Source: an uncultured Alphaproteobacteria bacterium
GTDB taxonomy: Bacteria; Pseudomonadota; Alphaproteobacteria; HIMB59; GCA-002718135
Assembly (NCBI GenBank): GCA_902623585.1
Contig: CACNUO010000001.1
Location: 72,314 to 136,313 of the forward strand
DNA: 64,000 nucleotides
Direction: 5' to 3'
Position 1 is the stretch's first letter. Each line of letters starts with the position of its first letter. The notes under the pieces are model-generated. The model was given only the letters and a program-made list of their open reading frames with translations, did not search any database and was not told the origin of the DNA. Shown here in pieces: positions 22,763 to 31,960 of this stretch. The position numbers and the translations under genes are program-made.

Positions 22763-23586
22763 CCAACTTTATTTAAAAATTTTTCAAACTCATCATCTTT
22801 TATTTTAACTATATTCGATGGAGTTGGAAATTTTTTAGTGTTTACGTCTTTAACAAAATTTTTAAGTCCTTCTATTGTATCATTTAATAGCTTCTCATAG
22901 GATTTATTTGTATCCTTAAATACTTTTGCGTGACGAGGCACTCTATCAGTATTAGTGCCTATAACATCTTGAATAAATAAAAACTCAACATCACATTTGG
23001 GACCACTTCCCATAGACAATGTTAATAAATTTACTTTTTTTGTAATAATTTCTGCAACTCTATCTGGAACACATTCTACTTCAAGACCAATTGCACCTGC
23101 TTGATCGTATGCCAAAGCATCTTGATAAACTTTGTAGGCAGAAATAGCATCTTTTCCTACTGCTTTGAAACCACCAGTCCATGTACTTTTATAAGGTATT
23201 AAGCCTATATGACTGACGGCTGGCAATCCTTCATTTCGAAGAGCTTCTATATATTTTGGACTATTACCGCAATAAACTGCATCAGCACCATTATCCCTTG
23301 CAATAAGAGCAGCATCAATTGCTTTATCTGGAGAAGACAATTGACCAAGGCCATAAATCATAAATGTATTTGGTGCTGCATCACGAATATCTTTAATATG
23401 CGCATCCCTAAACCATCTATTTGTTGGCACACCAGTTCTTAATGTATCTTTTTTAAATGAAACAATCTGGATATCTATTCCAGCTTGTTCAGCTGCATAC
23501 GCTTCTAAAGCATTAGTCACATAAAGTTCTGTTAATTTAACTTTTCCTTTTTTGTCAAATAAATCTTTAACTGTAAGTTTAGACAT
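22759..23586 (-). CDS. Divergent PanB-like protein (ketopantoate hydroxymethyltransferase / ICL-PEPM superfamily)
   Basis: 275 aa. The C-terminal two thirds are collinear with PanB (SHIGLIP...GGFKAVGK...AGAIGLEVECVP...SMGSGP...HAKVF). The canonical N-terminal GDSLGM metal-binding motif is not recognisable (reads IVSFKKDTL). Confidence 0.55.
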   Translation of the reverse strand: MSKLTVKDLFDKKGKVKLTELYVTNALEAYAAEQAGIDIQIVSFKKDTLRTGVPTNRWFRDAHIKDIRDAAPNTFMIYGLGQLSSPDKAIDAALIARDNGADAVYCGNSPKYIEALRNEGLPAVSHIGLIPYKSTWTGGFKAVGKDAISAYKVYQDALAYDQAGAIGLEVECVPDRVAEIITKKVNLLTLSMGSGPKCDVEFLFIQDVIGTNTDRVPRHAKVFKDTNKSYEKLLNDTIEGLKNFVKDVNTKKFPTPSNIVKIKDDEFEKFLNKVG

Positions 23587-24947
23587 TAATGATATTTGGG
23601 TAAGTAATTACCGTGAGATTCAATTAACTTATCAACCATAGAATATATTTCATCAATGGACAAATTTGCTCCAGTTAGTGGATCTAGCATCGCTGCGTGA
23701 TAAATATGCTCTTTTTTATTTGTTAATGCAGCTTCAGCAGTCAAAATTTGAACATTTATATTTGTTCTCATTAAAGCTGCTAAATGTTCTGGTAAGCGAC
23801 CAGTTTTTTGAGGTTGATTACCTTTTGAATTAATTAAGCAAGGAACTTCAACACAACAATTTGATGGTAAATTATCAATATATCCATCATTCATCACATT
23901 ACCATTAATTGTTACTTCATTGTTATTTGTTACGGCATCCATTATGTATGATGCATATTCTTTTCCTCTTTTTAGAGGTTGATTATGTATGGGTGTCATA
24001 TCTTTTTCCAAGTCATCCCAAAGCTTGATATTATTTTCACATCTATCAATGTATTCTTCTATGGGAATTTTATATTGATCAATTAAATCTTGTCTATTCT
24101 GCTTTATAAACCATGGAACGTATTCAGCAAAATGTTCGCTAGACTCTGTAACAAAATAACCAAATCGTCTTAAAATTTCGTATCTTACTTTTTCATGCAG
24201 GACTTTATCTGATTCACTATCTTTACCTACACTTCTAGTTGATGTTATTTTATCACTGACAATATCATCAGCTAATTTTTTTAATTTTGGATAAAGATCC
24301 TCTCCACCATTGCCATTCTTTTTTGTAAACTTTTTATAGAAAGCCATGTGATTAATTCCAGCACAGAGATAATCAATATCCTCAATTTTTTCATTTAAAT
24401 CTCTAGCAAGCATTTCTGCAGTTCCTTGTACAGAATGACAAAGTCCTATAGATTTAATTCCAGGGCAAGCATTATTTATTGCTATCATGTTTGAACACAT
24501 TGGGTTTACATATTGTAACCATAAAGAATTTGGACAAAGATCCATTATATCTTTACCAATATCTACTAAAACTGGAATTGTTCTTAGACCTCTCATAATT
24601 CCACCAATACCAAGGGTATCAGCTATTGTCTGTTTTAACCCAAATTGATTTGGAATATCAAAATCGATTACTGTTGATGGTTTGTAACCGCCAACTTGGA
24701 TAGTTGACTGCACAAAATCTGAACCAGCCAAGGCTTCTTTTCTATTAGTGTATGATTTTATATTAGGAGATGCATTTAACTTTTTTGCGATTACATCTAA
24801 TAATTCATGTGATATTTTCAATCTTTTTTCATCAATATCTACAAGTGCAATATCCATTTTTTTAAAATCATCAATGAACATTAAATCTGTAAAAATATTT
24901 TTGGTAAATACTGCGCTACCAGCACCAATGATTGTGAGTTTAGTCAA
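23586..24947 (-). CDS. Glycoside hydrolase family 4, MelA-like NAD+/Mn2+-dependent alpha-galactosidase/alpha-glucosidase
   Basis: 453 aa. It has an N-terminal Rossmann motif IIGAGSAVFTKN and QTIADTLGIGGIMRGLRTIP. GLCHSVQGTAEMLARDLN and CAGINHMAFY are almost identical to E. coli MelA motifs. Confidence 0.85.
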   Translation of the reverse strand: MTKLTIIGAGSAVFTKNIFTDLMFIDDFKKMDIALVDIDEKRLKISHELLDVIAKKLNASPNIKSYTNRKEALAGSDFVQSTIQVGGYKPSTVIDFDIPNQFGLKQTIADTLGIGGIMRGLRTIPVLVDIGKDIMDLCPNSLWLQYVNPMCSNMIAINNACPGIKSIGLCHSVQGTAEMLARDLNEKIEDIDYLCAGINHMAFYKKFTKKNGNGGEDLYPKLKKLADDIVSDKITSTRSVGKDSESDKVLHEKVRYEILRRFGYFVTESSEHFAEYVPWFIKQNRQDLIDQYKIPIEEYIDRCENNIKLWDDLEKDMTPIHNQPLKRGKEYASYIMDAVTNNNEVTINGNVMNDGYIDNLPSNCCVEVPCLINSKGNQPQKTGRLPEHLAALMRTNINVQILTAEAALTNKKEHIYHAAMLDPLTGANLSIDEIYSMVDKLIESHGNYLPKYH

Positions 24948-25722
24948 TTTGATACTCCATAATTGAATTATGATTTGCTACTTTTAACTGGTTATAAGAA
25001 GCATGTCCAATTTCTTTATAAGGATTATTGGATTTAGTATTAAAGCACACTATTAATGTCCTTCTAGAATTTTGTGATTTATTTGCATCAGAAGAGTGCA
25101 ATAGATTTGCATGAAAGAATAATGCATCTCCTGGTTCTGCTTCAATATAAACAGACTCATGTCTTTTTTCTAATTCTCTTATTCTTTCATTATCTGCCGT
25201 TTGTTCAGGTGTGTCTGATCGTTCATGGCTAATTCTTCCAACACGATGAGAACCCTTTAATACTTTAAGGCAACCATTTTCTTTATTTGCTTTATCTAAC
25301 ATTATAAAACATGATGCCATATCTGGATAAAGACAAGCATTGTGATACCAATAACCATAATCTTGATGCCAATCAAATCCACCATCACCTGGATTTTTCC
25401 AAATAATTTTAGAATGATAATGATAAACTTCATCATTTAAGAATATTTCCATTGGTTTGACTATTCTTTCATTAGTAGAGAATTTTCCAAATAAATCTTC
25501 TGAAGGATGATTCCACATTGTCATTGTTAATTTTCCAGTTGAAGTATTAGTCTCTCTTGCACTTTCTTCTTTATCTTTTCTAATGGCTATATATCGATTT
25601 AATTTATTGATTTCTTCATTAGAAAAGAGTTTTTTCTTTAAGACAAAGCCATTTGAGATGAATTCCTTTATGTCACTCATATAAATAAACTGTAATTTCT
25701 TTGATAAATTAAATATTGTCAA
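24940..25722 (-). CDS. Phytanoyl-CoA dioxygenase (PhyH) family Fe(II)/2OG oxygenase, canonical HxD
   Basis: It carries WHQDYGYW (HxD), LDKANKENGCLKVLKGSH and a distal His in FFHANLLHSSDAN. The probable true start is ATG 25680 (MSDIKEF...); the track start 25722 is TTG. It overlaps the GH4 start by 8 nt. Confidence 0.8.
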   Translation of the reverse strand: MTIFNLSKKLQFIYMSDIKEFISNGFVLKKKLFSNEEINKLNRYIAIRKDKEESARETNTSTGKLTMTMWNHPSEDLFGKFSTNERIVKPMEIFLNDEVYHYHSKIIWKNPGDGGFDWHQDYGYWYHNACLYPDMASCFIMLDKANKENGCLKVLKGSHRVGRISHERSDTPEQTADNERIRELEKRHESVYIEAEPGDALFFHANLLHSSDANKSQNSRRTLIVCFNTKSNNPYKEIGHASYNQLKVANHNSIMEYQID

Positions 25723-25752
25723 TAAATATTAGGGAGTATAGGATATATAAAT

Positions 25753-27237
25753 ATGAAAGTTAGTTTTATTGGAGCTGGGAGTATAGGATTTACTCAAACA
25801 TTAGTAAGAGATCTGCTAAAGGTTCCTGAATTTCATGATACAAATTTTTTTTTTCACGATATTTCTGAAAAAAATTTAGATTTTGTTTCAAAACTTATCC
25901 AAAAAGATATTGATGCTAATAATCTTCCTGCAACTATTGAACAATCAACCGATAGAAAAAAAGCATTAGAGGGAGCAAAATATATAATTAATTGTACACG
26001 CATTGGAGGACTAGAAGCATTTGAGCACGATATTAATATTCCTCTTCAATATGGTGTAGATCAGTGTGTAGGGGACACCATTTGCGCTGGAGGAATTCTA
26101 TATGGTCAAAGAAATATTCCCCAAACCTTAAATTTTTGTAAAGATATAAAATCTTATTCGGATTCAAATGCTTTGTTTTTGAATTATTCAAATCCAATGG
26201 CCATGAACACTTGGGCAGCAATATCAGAAGCAAAAGTAAATACAGTTGGGCTATGTCACGGTGTTCAAGGTGGCGCAAAACTAATCTCTAAAGCATTAGG
26301 ATCTGAAAACTCAAAAGATCTTGAATATATGTGTAGCGGAATTAATCATATGACCTGGTACATAGATCTAAAATTCAAAGGAAAAAAAGTATCAAAAGAA
26401 GAACTTATAGATGCATTGGAAAGACATCCAGAAATTTCTAAACAAGAAAAAGTAAGAATTGATATTTTAAAAAGATTTGGTTTATTTTCTACTGAAAGTA
26501 ATGGCCATTTAAGTGAGTATCTTCCATGGTATAGAAAAAGAGTTGAGGATATTCCTAAATGGATAGATTTGTCAAATTGGATACATGGCGAAACGGGAGG
26601 ATATTTAAGAGTTACATCAGAGAAAAGAAATTGGTTTGAAGAAGACTTTGAAAAATTTTTAAGTGAGTCGGGTATCGATTTAAATAATCATAAAAGATCT
26701 TCTGAGCATGGTAGTTATATAATTGAGTCAATTGAAACAAATAGACCTTATCGTGGTCATTTTAATGTAGTTAATAATGGTACTATAACAAATTTACCAG
26801 ATGACTGTGTTATTGAAAGTACTGGAACAGTTGATAAAGATGGAATTAAAATGATTAAAGGTGTTGAGCTTCCAATGGCCTGTGCATCACTCTGTAGAAC
26901 ATCGATAGATGTTCAGAGAATGGCAGTCAAAGCTGCAATAGACGGAGATTTAAATTTATTAAAATTAGCAGTTTTGCAAGATCCATTAGTTAGTGCAGTT
27001 TGTTCACCTGATGAAGTTTGGTCTATGGTAGATGAAATGATTGTAGCTCAATCTAAATGGCTTCCTCAATATCAAAACGAAATTGAACTAGCTCTAGAGA
27101 GAATTAAAAATTCTAATGTAAAAAAGAAAAATTTTAAAGGTGCTGCAAGAATGAAAACTAGATCTCCTGAAGAACTAAAAAATGATGAAGAATCTTCTTT
27201 ACTTGTGGAAGCACAGGCATTCGAATTTGATGCTTAA
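25753..27237 (+). CDS. Glycoside hydrolase family 4 paralogue (AglA/MelA-like) with a ~40-aa charged C-terminal extension
   Basis: 494 aa with FIGAGSIGFTQ, VGDTICAGGILYGQRNIP, GLCHGVQGGAKL and SGINHMTWY. Confidence 0.82.
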   Translation: MKVSFIGAGSIGFTQTLVRDLLKVPEFHDTNFFFHDISEKNLDFVSKLIQKDIDANNLPATIEQSTDRKKALEGAKYIINCTRIGGLEAFEHDINIPLQYGVDQCVGDTICAGGILYGQRNIPQTLNFCKDIKSYSDSNALFLNYSNPMAMNTWAAISEAKVNTVGLCHGVQGGAKLISKALGSENSKDLEYMCSGINHMTWYIDLKFKGKKVSKEELIDALERHPEISKQEKVRIDILKRFGLFSTESNGHLSEYLPWYRKRVEDIPKWIDLSNWIHGETGGYLRVTSEKRNWFEEDFEKFLSESGIDLNNHKRSSEHGSYIIESIETNRPYRGHFNVVNNGTITNLPDDCVIESTGTVDKDGIKMIKGVELPMACASLCRTSIDVQRMAVKAAIDGDLNLLKLAVLQDPLVSAVCSPDEVWSMVDEMIVAQSKWLPQYQNEIELALERIKNSNVKKKNFKGAARMKTRSPEELKNDEESSLLVEAQAFEFDA

Positions 27238-27240
27238 GCA

Positions 27241-28770
27241 ATGAAAGAAATAAAAAATGTCGTAATTTTAGGTGGAGGAACTGCTGGATGGCTAGCTGCA
27301 TATATATTAAGTGACTTTTTTTATTCTAACAAACTTAATACAAATGTTAAAATAATAGAGTCTTCTAAAATACCAACAATTGGTGTTGGAGAGGGGACTA
27401 CCAGCATATTTTATGAATTTTTAAAAAAATATAATTTAGATGAATCTGATTTTTTGAAAGAAACAAAAGCTACATTAAAATTTGGAATAGTACATAAAGA
27501 CTGGAAAGAATTAGGATATACTTATTATGGACCTATAGATGATCCGCAATTAATTGCTCCAAAAAATAAACCAGAAAATTTTGAATATTTAAAAGCATAT
27601 GCTGTCGCTGCTGGAAGACCAGTTTCTGAAATTCATTTGCATACAATGCTTATGCAAAATAAAAAAGTACCTTATACTTTTAAAAATAATAATTTAGAAC
27701 TAATAAGCCCATTTTATTATGCATATCATTTTGATAATTCTCAAGTAGCAAGCTATTTAAATAAAAGATCTAAAAATATTGAGATTATTGATGATATTTA
27801 CACATCTTCAACACAAAATGTAGATGGAACAATTAGATCTCTATGTTTTGAAAGTGGTTTGGAATTGGATGTTGATTTAGTTATTGATTGTAGTGGTTTT
27901 AAAAAATTGATTATTGGAGATGTGTTCAAAACCAAATGGATCTCTTATCAAGATAATCTTCCTGTAAATAGAGCGATGCCATTTTTTTTAGATATAAAAG
28001 AAGAAAACTACATTAATTATACATTAGCCTGGGCCCAAAAGTATGGATGGATGTGGCAAATTCCTACACAAGAAAGAATTGGTGCTGGTTATGTTTATTG
28101 TGATCAATTTATCTCACCTGATCAAGCACAAGAAGAAATAGAAAAAGTTCTTGGACACAAAATTGAACCAAGACGAGACATTAAGTTTAATAGTGGTAGG
28201 TTAGAAAAATATTGGGTTAAAAATTGTTTAGCTATCGGTTTATCATCTGGTTTCCTTGAACCCTTAGAAGCTACTTCTATTCATAGTACTTTGATTCAAA
28301 TCATTTTATTTGCAACTGAATATCTTAAGAAAGAAATGGACTTTAATAATGAAGAATTAATCTCTAATTTTAATAATCGAATTGGACGACAATTTGATGA
28401 TTTCAAAACCTTTTTAAATATGCACTATGTTTCCAAAAGAAGAGATTCAAAATTTTGGCAATACGTTGCAGATGAATGTATAAGCGAAGATACAAAAAAA
28501 TTTATTTCTTTATGGCAAGATGAACTTCCAAGTCTTGATCATTTTGATGATTATCTCTCTGGCCTTCCTCATGTACAATCACAGTTATACTACCCAGTTG
28601 TAGATGGTCTTGGTCTATTAAGTAAGGAATCCGCGAGAGAACAAATGAGCAAATATGATTTACGATCAACATCAAGAAAATATTACAATGATTTTTCTGA
28701 GAAATTTAACGAAATAATCAAGGATTCCCTTACTCACAGTCAATATATTAATCTTTCAGTGAATTCTTAG
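27241..28770 (+). CDS. Flavin-dependent halogenase family protein (tryptophan-halogenase-like)
   Basis: 509 aa with FAD motifs GGGTAGW and GVGEGT, the GWMWQIP (WxWxIP) signature, a Lys in KATLKF that aligns by eye with PrnA K79, and FLEPLEATS that aligns with PrnA E346. Confidence 0.78.
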   Translation: MKEIKNVVILGGGTAGWLAAYILSDFFYSNKLNTNVKIIESSKIPTIGVGEGTTSIFYEFLKKYNLDESDFLKETKATLKFGIVHKDWKELGYTYYGPIDDPQLIAPKNKPENFEYLKAYAVAAGRPVSEIHLHTMLMQNKKVPYTFKNNNLELISPFYYAYHFDNSQVASYLNKRSKNIEIIDDIYTSSTQNVDGTIRSLCFESGLELDVDLVIDCSGFKKLIIGDVFKTKWISYQDNLPVNRAMPFFLDIKEENYINYTLAWAQKYGWMWQIPTQERIGAGYVYCDQFISPDQAQEEIEKVLGHKIEPRRDIKFNSGRLEKYWVKNCLAIGLSSGFLEPLEATSIHSTLIQIILFATEYLKKEMDFNNEELISNFNNRIGRQFDDFKTFLNMHYVSKRRDSKFWQYVADECISEDTKKFISLWQDELPSLDHFDDYLSGLPHVQSQLYYPVVDGLGLLSKESAREQMSKYDLRSTSRKYYNDFSEKFNEIIKDSLTHSQYINLSVNS

Positions 28771-28843
28771 ATTAACTGAATAACATTTATAATTGTTATT
28801 GATTTTGAGTAAAAAAAACATTTTACTTTTAGTAAAATTATTC

Positions 28844-28853
28844 AAAGGGAGGA
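28844..28853 (+). promoter_or_regulatory. Strong Shine-Dalgarno block AAAGGGAGGA, 4 nt upstream of the SBP start
   Basis: The identical 10-mer precedes all three ABC substrate-binding genes in the window. Confidence 0.6.
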
Positions 28854-28857
28854 TAAA

Positions 28858-30885
28858 ATGGGTATTGAAACCAAATTTACTTTCAAGAGTAAAGCAGCAA
28901 GTTTACTTGTAGGTGTTAGCATGGTTGCTATGACTTCTGGTGCTAGTGCTCTTGAAACTCTACCACCTGATAAAAGTATGTCAGGTATAGAAGTTGAATT
29001 AGTTGGAAGAGATGATTTATATTCTTATAAAAGTTGTGATAGTTATAATGAAGCTCCTTTAACTGCAGCATATGTTGAAGCTGGAAAGCTACCACCAGTA
29101 GCTGAGAGACTTCCAAAAACACCAATGATGATGTCAAAAGCTCAAATGGTTGATGGAATTGGTGATTATGGCGGAACATTTCGTCATGTTATTGGAGGAA
29201 GACCTGAAGGTTGGAACTGGATGGCTGGACAACATCAAGGTTGGGGTGGCATTAGCATGCAGTTAATGCAATCATTAACAAGACTTGGTCCACTATGGCA
29301 AGTTAAACCTGAAGAAGCTTTACCTCTTCCAAACCTAGCAACTGACTGGGAGTTTAATAGCGATCGTACTACTTTAACTATGAATTTAGTTGAAGGTGTA
29401 AAATGGTCTGATGGAGATCCATTTGATACTGAAGATATTGATTTTTGGTGGAACGATAATGTTCAAAATGCAAATGTAAACTCGAGGCTTCCAAAGGATG
29501 CTCTTGGTGCAGGAACGACAGTTGATATTTTAGGACCATATTCGTTTAGGTTTAATTTTGACTCTCCAAAAGGTAATGCTGTTCTATCACAGCTTGCGCA
29601 TATGGGAGGTGCTCCTGGGCCTTCTCACATTTTAAAACCACATCACCCAGATTATAATAGTGATGCAACTTACGATACATATACTATGGCTTTACCACCT
29701 GATGAAGTGCCTATAGCAACACTTGGAGCTTATGTTCCAGTTGCTCATAAAATTGACGAACTGGTGGTGATGAAAAGAAATCCTTACTATTGGAAAGTTG
29801 ATGAAGAATGTAATCAACTTCCATATTACCATGAAACGATTTATAAATTAACCACATGGGATGATAGAACTACGCAAGCTCTAGCAGGAACTGGTGATTA
29901 TTCTAATATGGAAAATCCTGGTAACTACGTTGAAGCCTTAAAGCAAAATAAAGATCCTAACTCGCCTGTTAGATCAGTATTTGGTTCTAGATCTTTGACA
30001 TGGAAATTATATGTAAATCTTTCCTCTGAATTTGGAGCTCAAGATGATTATGATAGAGAGTTAAGAAAACTTTTCAGAAACTTGGAGTTTAGAAAAGCAC
30101 TTTCTCACGCAATGGATAGAGACACTATGGGTCAATCTGTTGCGAGAGGTCCTTTCTTCCATCCTCATGCTGGAGGATTTTCTGCAGGATCTCCTTTTCA
30201 TCGCTTTGAGGATTCTATTTATTATGGATACAATGTTGATGGTGCCAATTCAATCTTAGATGGTTTAGGTCTTATTGATAGTGATGGAAACGGTATTAGA
30301 AATTTTCCTAATGGAGGAGAAGATATAGCGTTGGACATCCTTTTCAGTAATGAAAGATCCACTGATATTAAAATTGGGGATAGTATAGTTCCAATGTTTG
30401 AAGCGGTAGGATTAAAACCTATATTAAAACCTTCAAACGATACGGCAGCAATTACTGATGCGGGAAATTGGAATTTATATATTAATAGACACAATTGGCT
30501 TGTTGTAACGAAAAACATGGCTGATGAGTTACCAATAACTCCTGAAAATCCTGTTCAACATAAAAGTAATGAAGGTGATTTACTTCCATTTGAAAAAACT
30601 TTAGCTAATTTAGGTAACGACATTCTTGCTACTAATGATTTGAAAGTTGTTGCAGAAAAAGCTTACGAAATTCAAAAGGTAAGTACTGAAAATGTATATT
30701 CAATAGGATTAATACAAACACCTGCTGCACTTTTAATTAACAAAAGGATAAAGAATAATCATCCAGGCACTCCAGTATATATGTACGAATGGGGTGAAGA
30801 TGCAATTTTTAGGGAAAGACTTTATACCCCTAAAGCTGATCAAATAGATGAGTTCTTACCTGGTGTTTTGGCTGAATATAAATAA
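28858..30885 (+). CDS. ABC transporter substrate-binding protein, family 5 (Opp/Dpp/AgpA-type), large 675-aa form with signal peptide
   Basis: It has a signal peptide (...MTSGASA/LE), SBP_bac_5-like length and order, and sits next to DppB/C/DF-type genes. Confidence 0.85.
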   Translation: MGIETKFTFKSKAASLLVGVSMVAMTSGASALETLPPDKSMSGIEVELVGRDDLYSYKSCDSYNEAPLTAAYVEAGKLPPVAERLPKTPMMMSKAQMVDGIGDYGGTFRHVIGGRPEGWNWMAGQHQGWGGISMQLMQSLTRLGPLWQVKPEEALPLPNLATDWEFNSDRTTLTMNLVEGVKWSDGDPFDTEDIDFWWNDNVQNANVNSRLPKDALGAGTTVDILGPYSFRFNFDSPKGNAVLSQLAHMGGAPGPSHILKPHHPDYNSDATYDTYTMALPPDEVPIATLGAYVPVAHKIDELVVMKRNPYYWKVDEECNQLPYYHETIYKLTTWDDRTTQALAGTGDYSNMENPGNYVEALKQNKDPNSPVRSVFGSRSLTWKLYVNLSSEFGAQDDYDRELRKLFRNLEFRKALSHAMDRDTMGQSVARGPFFHPHAGGFSAGSPFHRFEDSIYYGYNVDGANSILDGLGLIDSDGNGIRNFPNGGEDIALDILFSNERSTDIKIGDSIVPMFEAVGLKPILKPSNDTAAITDAGNWNLYINRHNWLVVTKNMADELPITPENPVQHKSNEGDLLPFEKTLANLGNDILATNDLKVVAEKAYEIQKVSTENVYSIGLIQTPAALLINKRIKNNHPGTPVYMYEWGEDAIFRERLYTPKADQIDEFLPGVLAEYK

Positions 30886-30900
30886 ATAAAATCAATACAA

Positions 30901-30927
30901 TGGCCCATTTTTCAATGGGCCAGTTTT
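30901..30927 (+). terminator. GC-cored hairpin after the SBP gene (TGGCCCATT-TTTC-AATGGGCCA, then GTTTT): intra-operon attenuator or mRNA stabiliser
   Basis: A perfect 9-bp stem 16 nt after the SBP stop and 8 nt before the permease start. Confidence 0.5.
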
Positions 30928-30934
30928 ACAATTT

Positions 30935-31960
30935 ATGGCTTTTTTATTTTTTTTATTAAAACGAATTATTGCAACTATTCCTCTGTTAATTGCTATAACT
31001 CTTGTTGCATTTCTTCTTGTTCAGGCAATGCCCGGTGATTATGCAACTCAATGGAAAGCTCAAACAATGTCAATGGGAGGTGTCAGTGAAGAGGATGCTG
31101 AGGCTCAAGCTGAAGCTTTAAGAGTTAGATTAGGTTTAGATAAACCACTTTACATTCAATATTTTAATTGGGTAAAAAATATCACTCTTTATTGGGATTT
31201 AGGAGAATCATTTATTCAACAGAGATCAGTTAATGAAGCAATAGGAGATAGAGTTCCACGAACATTATTATTAGCTTTTATATGTTACTTTAATGCCGTA
31301 ACTATTGGAATATTAGCTGGCGTCTATGCTGCTACACATCAATATCAACTAGGCGATCAACTTGCTACGGTCTTTACATTTTTAGCTTTTTCAATTCCTA
31401 AGTTTATTGTAGCGTTAGTTATATTATATTTCTGGGCTATTAAATTTCATTCACCATATTATGGTTCAATATTTTCACAAGAATATGTTTTACAAGAGGG
31501 ATGGTGGAGTCTTGCAAAAACATGGGATTTCTTGCTCCATACCTGGCCAATTATTGCAGTTGGAAGTTTTGTAGGAGCAGGATATCAAATGAGAATGATG
31601 CGAGGTAATTTATTAGATGTTTTAAAAATGCAATTTATAGAAACCGCAAGAGCTAAAGGGTTAAAGGAAAGTAAGATTATATGGAAACATGGTGTTCCAA
31701 ACGCTTTACATCCAATAATCATGAATCAAGGCAGAAGCGTTGGCTATTTAATTGAAGGAGAGATTGAAGTAGCAATTGTATTAGCAATACCAACTATTGG
31801 ACCATTGATTTTATCATCCGTTACCACAATGGATATATATGTTGCATCTTCAATATTTTTGATTTTGTCTCTCGTATTAGTAATTGGTAATTTTATTGCA
31901 GATATAATATTGGCATTACTTGATCCTCGTATTAGAGATATGTCCGGAGGCGAGGCTTAA
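30935..31960 (+). CDS. ABC transporter permease (DppB/OppB-type)
   Basis: 341 aa, multi-TM, with an EAA-like loop FIETARAKGLKESKIIWKHGVPNAL. Confidence 0.87.
   Translation: MAFLFFLLKRIIATIPLLIAITLVAFLLVQAMPGDYATQWKAQTMSMGGVSEEDAEAQAEALRVRLGLDKPLYIQYFNWVKNITLYWDLGESFIQQRSVNEAIGDRVPRTLLLAFICYFNAVTIGILAGVYAATHQYQLGDQLATVFTFLAFSIPKFIVALVILYFWAIKFHSPYYGSIFSQEYVLQEGWWSLAKTWDFLLHTWPIIAVGSFVGAGYQMRMMRGNLLDVLKMQFIETARAKGLKESKIIWKHGVPNALHPIIMNQGRSVGYLIEGEIEVAIVLAIPTIGPLILSSVTTMDIYVASSIFLILSLVLVIGNFIADIILALLDPRIRDMSGGEA

Noticed and set aside
28779-28800. Inverted repeat AATAACA-N8-TGTTATT after the halogenase-like gene, considered as a terminator.
   Set aside because: The 7-bp stem is almost all A/T with an 8-nt loop, and so is thermodynamically weak. 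Such repeats are expected by chance in ~30% GC DNA. The operon most likely reads through into the SBP gene.
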